Shown one piece after another: positions 1 to 9,557 of a stretch of DNA of 32,000 nucleotides. Under the pieces are notes generated by a model. That model did not search any database and was not told where the DNA came from. It saw nothing but the letters and a program-made list of their open reading frames with translations. The DNA is taken from the NCBI RefSeq assembly GCF_000400465.1, contig NW_008806280.1, positions 330,001 to 362,000 on the forward strand, written 5' to 3'. Numbering within the stretch: the first letter of the stretch is position 1; the number at the start of each line of letters is the position of its first letter. This DNA comes from Wallemia ichthyophaga EXF-994. Taxonomy: Eukaryota > Fungi > Basidiomycota. Made by a program: the position numbers and the translations under genes.

Positions 1-1025
1 GCGCATGTATCTCACCCTGAAGCGTGTCGACATATTTCTCTATATCCGACTGTAGGGTGTGAGATTGAGCAAGAGATTCCCTTACCTCCCCTTTATCCTC
101 CAACGCCTCCACTCTGGCCTGCAGACTGCGCATGCACTCTTCGTAGCGCGCGCGCAGACTGTCCGACCTCGAGCGCACACCTTCAGCATCGCCTAGCGCA
201 CTCTCACTTTCGCTCACAATACTCGCCAGCTCGTCTACGTCACCATTCAGGATACTCATCTCGTCCGCTGTCAAGTTGTGGTCGGCATCCGCATCGATCA
301 GCTGCGTCCAATGCACATGCACCGATGCGAGATGTGCGTTGAGAGTTGGGTGTATGTTCTGCCTAAACGCATCTAACCATGCTTCTACTCCCCGGAACTC
401 ATCTAGCAGTGCATATCGACTTGGGAGTGGTCCTGCGTTGAGGAGCATTGTGAGACATCGCAGCAAATTTTTCGACGAGTACCCTGCCTGTGTGAGCGAT
501 TGCTGGTACTGGTGCAGCGAGGTGATTATTGTGTTGAATACGTCTGTATCAACATACTCGGAGAAGGTGGAAGGGGTGTTGTGGTAGAAGGGAGAGTCTG
601 AGGAATGTGTGGTATGTGTAGTGTGTGTAGGCAGCTGTATAGCGTCTAGCTGCAGAGCAGATTCTTTAAGCTTGGCCAGGTAGCTGCTTGTGATGCTTTT
701 CAAGTGCTGGGCGGGTGTGTGAGATGACGTCATGTACACAAACCACACTGACTACGTCGATAGAGTTTATTTTAACGTATCGGGTGTGTAGCTGGTGAAT
801 CTGTAGCTGATTTGACTATTGTAGATTAGAAATATCACCAGTGCGCCACCCTCCACGCACTTGAAGGAGCTGATTACACCTTGTGATAACACAATCAAGG
901 TGACTATCCAACTGAGAGCATCTAGATTGATTAGATTTGACCACATCATGCGCTTGAATCATCAGCTTTTCAATTTTATTGAGATTTTGTATGTATTTCT
1001 TCGATTTGATCACAGCTTCAATCAT
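1..1025 (-). CDS. Atg17-like coiled-coil autophagy scaffold; multi-exon, runs off the left edge
   Basis: Manual splicing: exons 1025-861, 815-756 and 706-86 (possible further intron 85-50), with GT..AG introns of 45 and 49 nt, all phase 0. Protein MIEAVIKSKKYIQ...TFSEYVDTDVF...LTADEMSILNGDVDELASIVSESESAL...LRARYEECMRSLQARVEALE. These segments resemble my recollection of basidiomycete Atg17 (SKK N-terminus, 'LRDFVD', 'DxxELxxIxxE'). The ORF track misses the long exon because it has no stop before the window edge. Confidence 0.55.
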
Positions 1026-1491
1026 GGCGGGTGAGAATGAAGCGATTACGCTGGACGAAATCCTGCCTATAGACGATAGCATGATAGAATATACCGAGAA
1101 GAGGGATAGATTTGCTGATATGTTCGAGCGCAGTGTGAGCAGCTTCGAGGGGAATGTGATGATTCTCGACAAGTACTGGTACAGCGACGATAAAAAGCTG
1201 GATAAAGTTACGCAATTTCTCCCGCACGCTGCAGAATTCAAGCTGAACGGATTGTATTATAATAGCCAATTTGAAGGCTGCTTGAAGGCATGTTTAGAGT
1301 TGCTGGGAAAACACAGCGAGTTGAGCGATAACAAGGAGATAAGGGATATCGTGATGAGGTCATTGAATAGATTAGAGGGGAGTGTAAAAGATGGCTATGT
1401 GGATTGGCTGTGTAGTAGGTACCCTTCTATACTGGCTAATGAAGCTGGCGTAGAAGACTCCAAGTTGTATAGAAGTGTAAAAGAGTTGTAA
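1024..1491 (+). CDS. Hypothetical ~155 aa acidic, probably helical protein; start uncertain (991, 1024 or 1081)
   Basis: Open frame 979-1491 with globular composition (YYNSQFEGCLKACLELLGK...YVDWLCSRYP). A possible in-frame 42-nt intron lies at 1031-1072 (GTGAGA..TAG). No family recognised. Confidence 0.6.
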   Translation: MAGENEAITLDEILPIDDSMIEYTEKRDRFADMFERSVSSFEGNVMILDKYWYSDDKKLDKVTQFLPHAAEFKLNGLYYNSQFEGCLKACLELLGKHSELSDNKEIRDIVMRSLNRLEGSVKDGYVDWLCSRYPSILANEAGVEDSKLYRSVKEL

Positions 1492-1528
1492 TTTAAATTC
1501 ATTTCCTCGTTGTTCTCCTACTTCCATT

Positions 1529-2032
1529 ATGGCCGATAACAGCGTAATCGATACCCTCACGGATAATCTAATCAATGAGATTCTATTTGAAATTGTCTTG
1601 GAAGCTAAGACGACGAGTACCAAGATGGATCTTCAGCGACAACAGTTGCAGTCCTCGTCGCTGCCTTCGTTGCAGCAGCAGCAGCAGCAAACCCACTTGC
1701 AATCCAACAACCCACGCGCATCCGGCGTTTCAAAAGGTCAAGGCGATCCACTAAACCCCAATTTCGAATGCTTGATATGCAATAGGTGGATTTCGTGCAA
1801 CCGATACGCACCGCACTTGAACAATTGTCTAGGGTTGAGGGGATCTAGGGGATCTACGAGAGCGGCAGCGAGTGTGGCAAGTGGGGCAAGTCAGGCGAGC
1901 TCAACACACTCCAACACAACAAACAACACAGCAGCCACCCACAAGCCGCCTACCAAACACACCAACTCGCACAGCAACTCAAGTAAGTTTGACTACTTGG
2001 ACTTGAGCAGCGTTAACCGATTTACCATGTAG
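1529..2032 (+). CDS. SGF11: SAGA deubiquitination module subunit Sgf11
   Basis: N-terminal helix (LTDNLINEILFEIVLE) and Sgf11 zinc finger FECLICNRWISCNRYAPHLNNCLG. Confidence 0.9.
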   Translation: MADNSVIDTLTDNLINEILFEIVLEAKTTSTKMDLQRQQLQSSSLPSLQQQQQQTHLQSNNPRASGVSKGQGDPLNPNFECLICNRWISCNRYAPHLNNCLGLRGSRGSTRAAASVASGASQASSTHSNTTNNTAATHKPPTKHTNSHSNSSKFDYLDLSSVNRFTM

Positions 2033-2390
2033 TGGTGAATGTGAGTGGGAGTTTTTTCATTTGAATGTGAGTGGGAGTAACACACAGCTAACACACTACA
2101 GACACTCAAGCACACCAACAAACCACGCCAGTCGTCGCCGTTATCAAATACACCAACTCACACACAAGATTACCTCTTCAGCGATCTGCATAACATGTCC
2201 AAAGACCTCTTCTCTCCGAGTAACTCTGAAAGCTCAGCTTTGAGTTCACCGCCTAAGGGTGGGTCTAACACTGACACTTTGAGGCAGAGTGCGCAGAGTG
2301 CTGATAGTGCTGATATAGATTCATCCGGTTCAGAGGAAGAGTCTTTGTGATGCGTTTGAAAATGTGGAATGCACGAATGAAATCATACGT

Positions 2391-2436
2391 ACACATACTC
2401 ATACTCATACACATACTCATACACATACTCGCACTC
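2391..2436. repeat. Degenerate (ATACTC/ATACAC)n microsatellite 3' of the GST gene
   Basis: acacatactcatactcatacacatactcatacacatactcgcactc is seen directly. Confidence 0.85.
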
Positions 2437-2499
2437 AAATAAATAATGATACTCAAACTCATATTCTTACTGTAACATTACATCATACGACATCCTAGT

Positions 2500-3168
2500 T
2501 CAATTTTCCTTCTTCTGGTAGCGATAATCACCTGCTTTCTCGATAGCCTTGACGTATGAGGGGTGTTGATGGAGACGCTGAGCATAAGACTGCAAACCCG
2601 GGCCGAGGTTGTCAGCTCTACCGCCATAAACGAGTACATCTACCGAGAAAGCGAGCATAAAGTCGCTGATGGTAGGATTGCCGCGTGAGTCGCCATCGAC
2701 GAGCCAACCCTGCTTGTTGCTGAGCTGATTCTCGACGACATTGATAGCGCTTGCGAGATTAGGCTCAACCCACTGGCTCAAGATCATACGCGGAACGACG
2801 GCCATAACCGGACGAAGAAGAACGGGGATCTTCTCGATGGAAATGGACAGAACGAGTTTGAAGACGCAGAAACTCATTAGACTGCCCTCGATGTAGTGTT
2901 TCCAGAAAACATCATCAGGGGAAGTGTAGTTGCCAGCGCCATATTTAGACACAAGGTACTCGATTATAGCGCCAGATTCAGAAAGGCTGGTGGATCCATC
3001 GACGAGAATTGGCGCATGACCTAGTTTGTCGACCTGCTTCAACTCAGGTGGAGCTAAACCGGAGGGAAGGCGCTTGTAGGTCTTGAGATCGTACTCTATG
3101 CCGAGCTCCTCAAGGACCCAGATGATGCGTATTGAGCGGGAGTTTTCGAGGTGGTGGAGTGTGATCAT
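2500..3168 (-). CDS. GTT1: Glutathione S-transferase, Gtt1-like
   Basis: Intronless 222 aa. N-domain HHLENSRSIRIIWVLEELGIEY, LGHAPIL, LSESGAIIEYL; C-domain TISDFML. Confidence 0.9.
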   Translation of the reverse strand: MITLHHLENSRSIRIIWVLEELGIEYDLKTYKRLPSGLAPPELKQVDKLGHAPILVDGSTSLSESGAIIEYLVSKYGAGNYTSPDDVFWKHYIEGSLMSFCVFKLVLSISIEKIPVLLRPVMAVVPRMILSQWVEPNLASAINVVENQLSNKQGWLVDGDSRGNPTISDFMLAFSVDVLVYGGRADNLGPGLQSYAQRLHQHPSYVKAIEKAGDYRYQKKEN

Positions 3169-3670
3169 AGCAATTGTGATTTGTGATGGTGGTTGGTGGC
3201 CAAGTGGAGGGTGCGAATGGATACGTGATTAGGGGAGTGAGTTGAGTACATTATTCATGGCGGGTATTGCCGGCGTTGCCGGCGTTGATTTGTTCACTGC
3301 ATGCATCCTTGGCCCGGAAATACTTGGTTCGTTTGTCACCGTAAAAATTGAGTTTTAGGGGAGTGATATGATAGGGAAATGGGAGAATGAGACTGGTATT
3401 ACCCATTTATAGCCATTTATACAAACTCATGATGAAAATACCCCCCGATAAACCCAATCAGCCAATCAGAAGAGCAGTAATAGAAATAGGGGAGAGTTTT
3501 TAGCAGGTATTTTACCCCATCGAACGTGGAAACGGCGGGAGATTTATATTCGCTCAGGTACACCAAATAAAGTTGTTTCAGTTGGGCCTGGAATTGGCCT
3601 GATCGGTGGTGCCTTGGGAAGCTGGACAGAAAAATGGTTATCTTGGACCGCAACACCAGAAAAATAAGAA

Positions 3671-4090
3671 ATGGAGAATAGAAATAGACTTGTACAGAAG
3701 AGAACATCGACAGATACAATAAAGGCTGGAATAGGGATGCTGGGCAACCTACGCAGCAAGTCGTCGATGAGTAATGTGTCTATTGGCAGTGGCAGTGGGA
3801 GTAGTGGTAGCAGCAACTCCAGTCACTCCAGCCACCCGTATACTCACCGAACTCGAACACACTCACACTCCCCTTCAATCATTTCATTCAAATCATTCTC
3901 AGCGAGTTCCCAGCCAACCACTCCAACGACTCCAACGACTCCAAATATCCCAGTGTCAGCGATATCACCAATAGACTATCCAAATAGACCTCCACGCCGC
4001 TCCTCTAAAGCCCACTCAACCTCCACAACGCCAGATCCATTCAGCGCTACGAGCCAAAGCAGCTGGTTTAGTCCAGAGTTTAATCTCTAA
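3671..4090 (+). CDS. Hypothetical Ser/Thr/Pro-rich disordered protein (139 aa)
   Basis: ATG-initiated ORF with low-complexity S/T/P content, followed by an AT-rich 3'-UTR-like stretch. The N-terminus may be incomplete. Confidence 0.55.
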   Translation: MENRNRLVQKRTSTDTIKAGIGMLGNLRSKSSMSNVSIGSGSGSSGSSNSSHSSHPYTHRTRTHSHSPSIISFKSFSASSQPTTPTTPTTPNIPVSAISPIDYPNRPPRRSSKAHSTSTTPDPFSATSQSSWFSPEFNL

Positions 4091-4183
4091 ATGGATTACA
4101 AGCATTTATATACCCAAAGCATAACCACAGCATATATTTATATTATTTATTTGTAAACGCCTTCCTTATCGACGTTGACATTT

Positions 4184-5103
4184 ATGTCCCTGAGTTTCCG
4201 AGTTAGTTGGCGTGTAAAGTAATGGTTGTGGCTTTGGCTTATTTGCATACTAGGAAAATGATCCTGGCAGTGTTGAGGCCCTGCTGAATGCCTTGAAACC
4301 GAGCTTGGATACGATTAACAGCGGCGATGGTGCGAGTAGCAGCACAAATACCACACAAGCCACACAGGATTCTCATAAAATACAATCCACCCCTCCCCCA
4401 CAGCGAAACCTCGAAATTGACTCGTTGCTCGACTTACTAGGTACGTCTCCAGGAAGGCAGACGCAGACGCAGCAGAACCACGACAATATCGAAACTCGGC
4501 GGCACTCTTACGCGTCTGCGCCAATGCCAATGCCAATGCCAATTTCAGCTCCAGTGTCGGCGTCTGCGCCTGCACCTGCACCACAACCTCAGCAACACCA
4601 TCAACCTGAACAAACTAACCCTATCAGTATCGAAGAAGCCACCCAGCTCCGTTCAATGACATTTCCGCAAGCACTCATGCTCATACCCACCCTACCCGCT
4701 GAGAAAACGGAGAAATTGAAAAAGATACAGGCGCAGCAACACAGGATAGAGAAGAGTCTGCATTCAGAGTGGAGCGTGATGAATAGCAAACATGTCAATG
4801 CGCGTAAAGAGCTCGACCAGAAGATGGCACTTGCTCGTATCGACTTGAGCAGAGATGTGAGTAGACTAGATAGCGATTTCAAACGCAGAGAGGACGCTTT
4901 TAAGGCCAAGGCACAGGCAAGGTGGTATGATTTGGTGAGTGAGAATCTTTGTGGATGAAATTAGTCTCACCTCGTCACAGCGCCAGTCTCAACAATCTCA
5001 ACTAGAAGCACTACATATTCCCTGCTTTTACCAAACTGATGACAGCGGTGTGCTGTCTACGCAGGCTAAGATATTGAACGCTATTTTGTCGCAGCATGGA
5101 TAA
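4184..5103 (+). CDS. DUF2458-like fungal protein (3 exons)
   Basis: Exons 4184-4201, 4254-4934 and 4981-5103, with introns of 52 and 46 nt, both phase 0. MTFPQALMLIP, coiled coil KLKKIQAQQHRIEKSL and C-terminal QQSQLEALHIPCF resemble my recollection of DUF2458. Confidence 0.65.
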
Positions 5104-5121
5104 CCACGTACAAGCTATAAA

Positions 5122-6195
5122 CTACTTTTTCATGAAGAAGGAATTGAGACTGCTCTGTCCTTTTGATGTGGACTTTGATGGTGGTGGTGGTTTCGAAGGT
5201 GGTTTTGGGGCTGTTTTTGGTTTCGATTTGGAATTTGAATTGGGATTGGGATTGGAATTGGGCTCAGATGGTGCAGCGTCAATAGATGCACCCTCCTCAC
5301 CATCCTCACCCCCACTCACCCACTCATCCACATCCTCAGTCACCATGTAACCCTTTTCGTTCATCCGCGTCAAGCTCTTTGTCAGCTTGCGCTTTTTTGT
5401 CTTGTTGGTGTTGCTTTGTGTGGTGTGTTTTGACTGCGTGTCTGACTGGACATTTGTCTGCGCTGGCGGTGGTGCTTCTGGAGGTGATGAAATGATAAGG
5501 TCTTCCTCTTCGTCTGATTCGATAACACGGCGCTTGTTGGTAGCTTTCTTGGGGGGATTTGAGGGTGGAGCTGGTTGTGGTGGTTTGTTTTGTTTAGTGG
5601 GTTGTTTAGTGGGTTGTTTAGTAGGTTGTTTAACCTCCTGCTGCTTAACTGGCTTGGATTGCTTCTCCTGCTTGCTGTCTCTCTGTTTCACCTTCTCGCG
5701 CGCGTTAATCACGTCACCAAAGTACTCCAACTCGTAGTTGAGTATAGGAGTAAGATCAGCCAGCTTGAATGGTGATAACGCGTGAACGTAGATGGAGTGT
5801 TCTTCGTCATACCTCGAGCGAGAGGCTGGAGAGGTGAGGTTATATAAGGCGATGAGCACGCAACCAGTACTCACACTGCACAGTACTCAAGTCAGCGATT
5901 AGCTGCGATTGAATACCACTGCCCACTCTACCCGTAATTGCAATCACTGGGTGTAAAGAGGTGTTGTTGCGGTAGTAGTGTAGGAGATGGCTGGTGGGCG
6001 TCTTAAATGCAATCGATAATATTCATTACGTCACTTACTTTTTGGCTGCATTGATATGCTCACCAGTTGCATGACTCAGTATACGTGCTGTGACCTGGGG
6101 GAAGTGAGCATAAGCAAGAGGAACGAGAGAATACAAACCACGCTGCTATCATCTTTGAGCCATTTATCGAGTAATTTGTTTTGTATAACGCTCAT
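5122..6195 (-). CDS. POL32: DNA polymerase delta subunit 3 (Pol32/Cdc27)
   Basis: Exons 6195-6139, 6094-6039, 5990-5875 and 5825-5122 (introns 44, 48, 49 nt). N-terminal VTARILSHATGEHINAAK, NEKGYMVTED motif and C-terminal PCNA PIP box QSSLNSFF. Confidence 0.9.
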
Positions 6196-6219
6196 GGTGG
6201 TAGCTAACCAGCCGTTGTA

Positions 6220-8000
6220 ATGGACGATCACGGCAATCACGGCAATCACGCTAATCACGCCAATCACACTGGACAACGACGCTCACGCAGAATAAGCCTG
6301 TCTGCTCCGCCAGCCACTCCCAGCAGGACTGAGCGGAGTAGAGGCAGAAGTATTGGGTTTTATGTGGTGCAAGTGCTGCTGATACTCCCACTGCAATTTG
6401 TTAGCGTGTACAGCGTTGTCTACGTGATTGCTATGTGTTTTCCATCGATGGCTCCCCAGCGCAGTCTATTGATGGACATATACGCCCCACTAGAGGTGAG
6501 CGTATCAAGACGCATTGAGCAATCCGCTCACTCCTCTCTAAGCTCTTATTCTACGCTTGGATGTTCCTCTCCCACCGCCACATCCAGCGCATTTCTCTCC
6601 CGCCGCCCCACTTCACTCCCACTTTTGCCAAAGACGTCTTTATACGGATTCTCACCGATTTCAAAGCAGCAGACACGCGCCGCATCTCTGAGTGGGAGGA
6701 ATGTGATGGTGTTACAGACACGGCAGATCCTGCAGATCCTGCAGATCCTCTATCCGACGCCGCTGCCGACATGTCACGTCACCGAAGCCAAGACCACGAC
6801 CAAGACCGTGACGAGCATGCGCACCTCGAGCACCACCTGCCCAATTTGCCCTACGACGACCCCAAAGCCTTCGACTTCCGCGAGAAGGTGCGCACATGGT
6901 TCAGCATGGCAGAATGGGGTGCTATCACGCACACGGACATGCTCACATGGCTGAGCTGGTCGATGCTAGGTGTGCCACTATCACACCGCAACGTGCCCTT
7001 TCTGGAGGAATGCGCGAGGCTGGTGGAGCGACGCACCGGGCACGCGTTCCCGCTTGAGAGAACCCCAGGCTTGGCGCGTCCCACTATCATCAGACTTAAT
7101 ATCGACCCCGTGCGCACTAGGCACCGCCCACTCGCTTTCTATATCCTCCTCGCTGCGGCTCACTACCTCACTATCGCTCTCCTCCGCTGGCGATACCACG
7201 CGGGTGTGTGGATCGAGCGCGGCGTGGAGTATGTTGTGCGCGAGGGCAGAGTGAGCGTGGACAAGAAGGATGAGGACGGAGGCGGTCGCAACGACGCTGA
7301 AATCAACAGCAACGAAACACCCATCACTCTCATGCACGGGCTGGGATTCGGGCTGCCGCACTATGCGCGCACATTCGCATATCTCGCCGACAAGTTCCCT
7401 CAGCGGACGGTAGTCATGCCGCTGAACCCGTCTACGTCAATGCGAGTGTTCAGTGGGCGTTACTTGCGACCTATAACGCGAGAGGAGGCTAGTGAGGGGT
7501 TAAATGGGGTGTTGCGACGTGTTGGAGCGACCAGTACGGATATAGTATCGCATTCGTTCGGCACAATAGCACACACGCATATACTCAAAGACGCGCCGGG
7601 GCTCGTGCGCAAGAGCGTCTTACTCGACCCAGTCACTTTCTGCCTGTGGGAGGGCGACCTCTGCTACCGCTTCCTGTACAGAGTGCCGCAGACAGCGATG
7701 GAGCTGCTAATGCACTACTTCGTCGCTACTGAGACGGGGCTCGCTAATACCCTCCAACGAAGTTTCAGTTGGTCTTGTAACCTCCTCTGGCCGCACGAGT
7801 TGGAGCGTGGCGCTACTAAGATCTTTCTTGGCGGGGAAGACGCCGTTTTCGACAGCGCAAGAGTCTATGCTTATCTTAAAAGACACGGCTTGCAGGATGG
7901 ACGCAGCCTGCATTTTTTAGACGGCTATAGACACGGTGAATGCCTTCTCAGACAAAATGGCACGCTTGATGTCGTTTGCGAGTTTTTGAAGGGCGCGTAG
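6220..8000 (+). CDS. Membrane-anchored alpha/beta-hydrolase fold protein
   Basis: The two overlapping track ORFs join through intron 6496-6542 (47 nt, GTGAGC..CTAAG). N-terminal hydrophobic segment, LMHGLGFG oxyanion region, nucleophile elbow VSHSFGT, LLDPV, acid GEDAVF and His GYRHGE. Confidence 0.85.
6229..6267 (+). repeat. 9-bp coding tandem repeat (CACGSYAAT)x4 encoding HGNHGNHANHANH
   Basis: Seen directly. A second 9-bp triple repeat (GCAGATCCT)x3, encoding ADPADPADP, lies at 6723-6749 in the same gene. Confidence 0.9.
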
Positions 8001-8281
8001 GGGTGTGGAGTGGAAATTTAGATTTGTAAATGGATGTATTTTGCGCAATTTGTAAATTTTTAATGCCTTCTTTGTCTTGTCTGTTGCGATGGATAGATTT
8101 ACGGATTTGGAAGCGGGGAGTGGACGAGTAGTGCAAGTAGAGCGTATTGTATACGCCGACTCAGCCAGCCACTTAACCACAGCCAGCTACCACGAAAATG
8201 AGGTCATTGGCAATTTCCACAATTCCACAAAATGCCCCGCTTCCTCGTTGCTCCTCACCGTCACACAGGGCACAGAAGAAA

Positions 8282-9351
8282 ATGCAAGGATCTTCAGCGA
8301 TAAAGCTGCTGAGTGGTGTGTAGACAGCCAGAGCGAGTACCAATATTCACGACAACAGGCACATCCCACCACCAGCTATCACAGCTCATAGCGAAGCGGT
8401 GGGTGGAGAGCGAGGCGAAAAGAGAAGACTGCTTACACACCCGCCAGCCTCGGGCTTCCACTCTGCAGTGTAAAAGTAGAGCTCAATTCCGCCGGCGAGA
8501 CCAACGTCGCCCTCCAGGAGAGTGTGCGCGACGACGATGTCTACATAGTCAACACGGGCTGCGGTAATGTAAACCAGCACCTAATGGAGACAATGATAAT
8601 GATCCACGCTTGCAAAATAGCTTCCGCATCGCGTATCACCGCCGTTATCCCCCACTTCCCTTACGCGCGCCAGGATAAAAAGGACAAGAGCCGTGCGCCA
8701 ATTACGGCGAAACTTATAGCCAACATGCTGCAGAAAGCAGGCTGCGATCACGTTATCACGATGGATTTGCACGCTTCTCAGATCCAGGGCTTCTTTGACG
8801 TGCCTGTGGATAACCTCTACGCTGAACCTTCTACCCTGCAGTATCTGCGCGAGGAGTGCGATCTCGCCAATACTGTTATCGTCAGCCCTGATGCGGGTGG
8901 AGCTAAACGCGCAACTAGCATGGCGGATAAACTCGATCTCGATTTCGCTCTCTTTCATAAGGAACGCAAGAAGGCTAATGAGGTGTCGCGTATGATTCTC
9001 GTCGGTGATTGTAAAGGCAAGACGGCTATCCTCGTAGACGATATGGCAGACACGTGCGGTACACTAGGCAGAGCTGCTAAACATCTCGTAGAGGCTGGCG
9101 CTGAGAGAGTACTCGCCGTCGTCACTCACGGTATTCTCACAGGACCTGCCCTTGACGTTATCAGCGATAGCTGTTTAGAGAAAGTTGTCGTCACTAACAC
9201 TATGCCTCAGGAACAGAACCAGCTCGGGTGTGAAAAGATTCAGGTCATCGATATCTCACAAGTCCTTGCGGAAACTATCAGAAGAAGTCACTACGGTGAG
9301 AGTATCAGTGTGCTCTTCAGCAACCTCCCTTACACTGTCGGCGTCAATTGA
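8282..9351 (+). CDS. PRS: Ribose-phosphate pyrophosphokinase (PRPP synthetase, Prs2/4-like)
   Basis: Two short 5' introns (8316-8358 and a second starting GTGGGT near 8399) give [28 protein letters not shown]. Motifs [31 protein letters not shown] and [12 protein letters not shown]. An in-frame upstream ATG lies at 8198. Confidence 0.97.
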
Positions 9352-9557
9352 ATGAACCAACAAATAAATGGATTCTCCTTCTTTCCTTGCTCTTTAAAAG
9401 ATGATAATATGCATATTACACTTTGTGATAGAATGTCATGGGTGGGGTGGGTGAAAGGGGTGAGATGGTTAGATGGCAAGAGAATATGAGAGTGATGGGA
9501 TGACAGAGTGGCAGAGGATATACCAGGATATCACAGTCAGTAGCGCGTAAAGCCCTG

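Noticed and set aside
276-587. Track ORF 103 aa (+)
   Set aside because: Antisense shadow of the spliced Atg17-like exon; non-ATG start and no recognisable features.
2061-2462. Short ORFs 2061-2243 (+) and 2265-2462 (-)
   Set aside because: Lie in CA-rich or microsatellite 3' UTR space between convergent genes; translations mirror the repeats.
6220-6954. Apparent frameshift between ORFs 6220-6954 and 6561-8000
   Set aside because: Fully explained by a canonical 47-nt intron at 6496-6542.
8077-8391. 104-aa ORF upstream of PRS
   Set aside because: Overlaps PRS exon 1 and its first intron in another frame; no homology cues.
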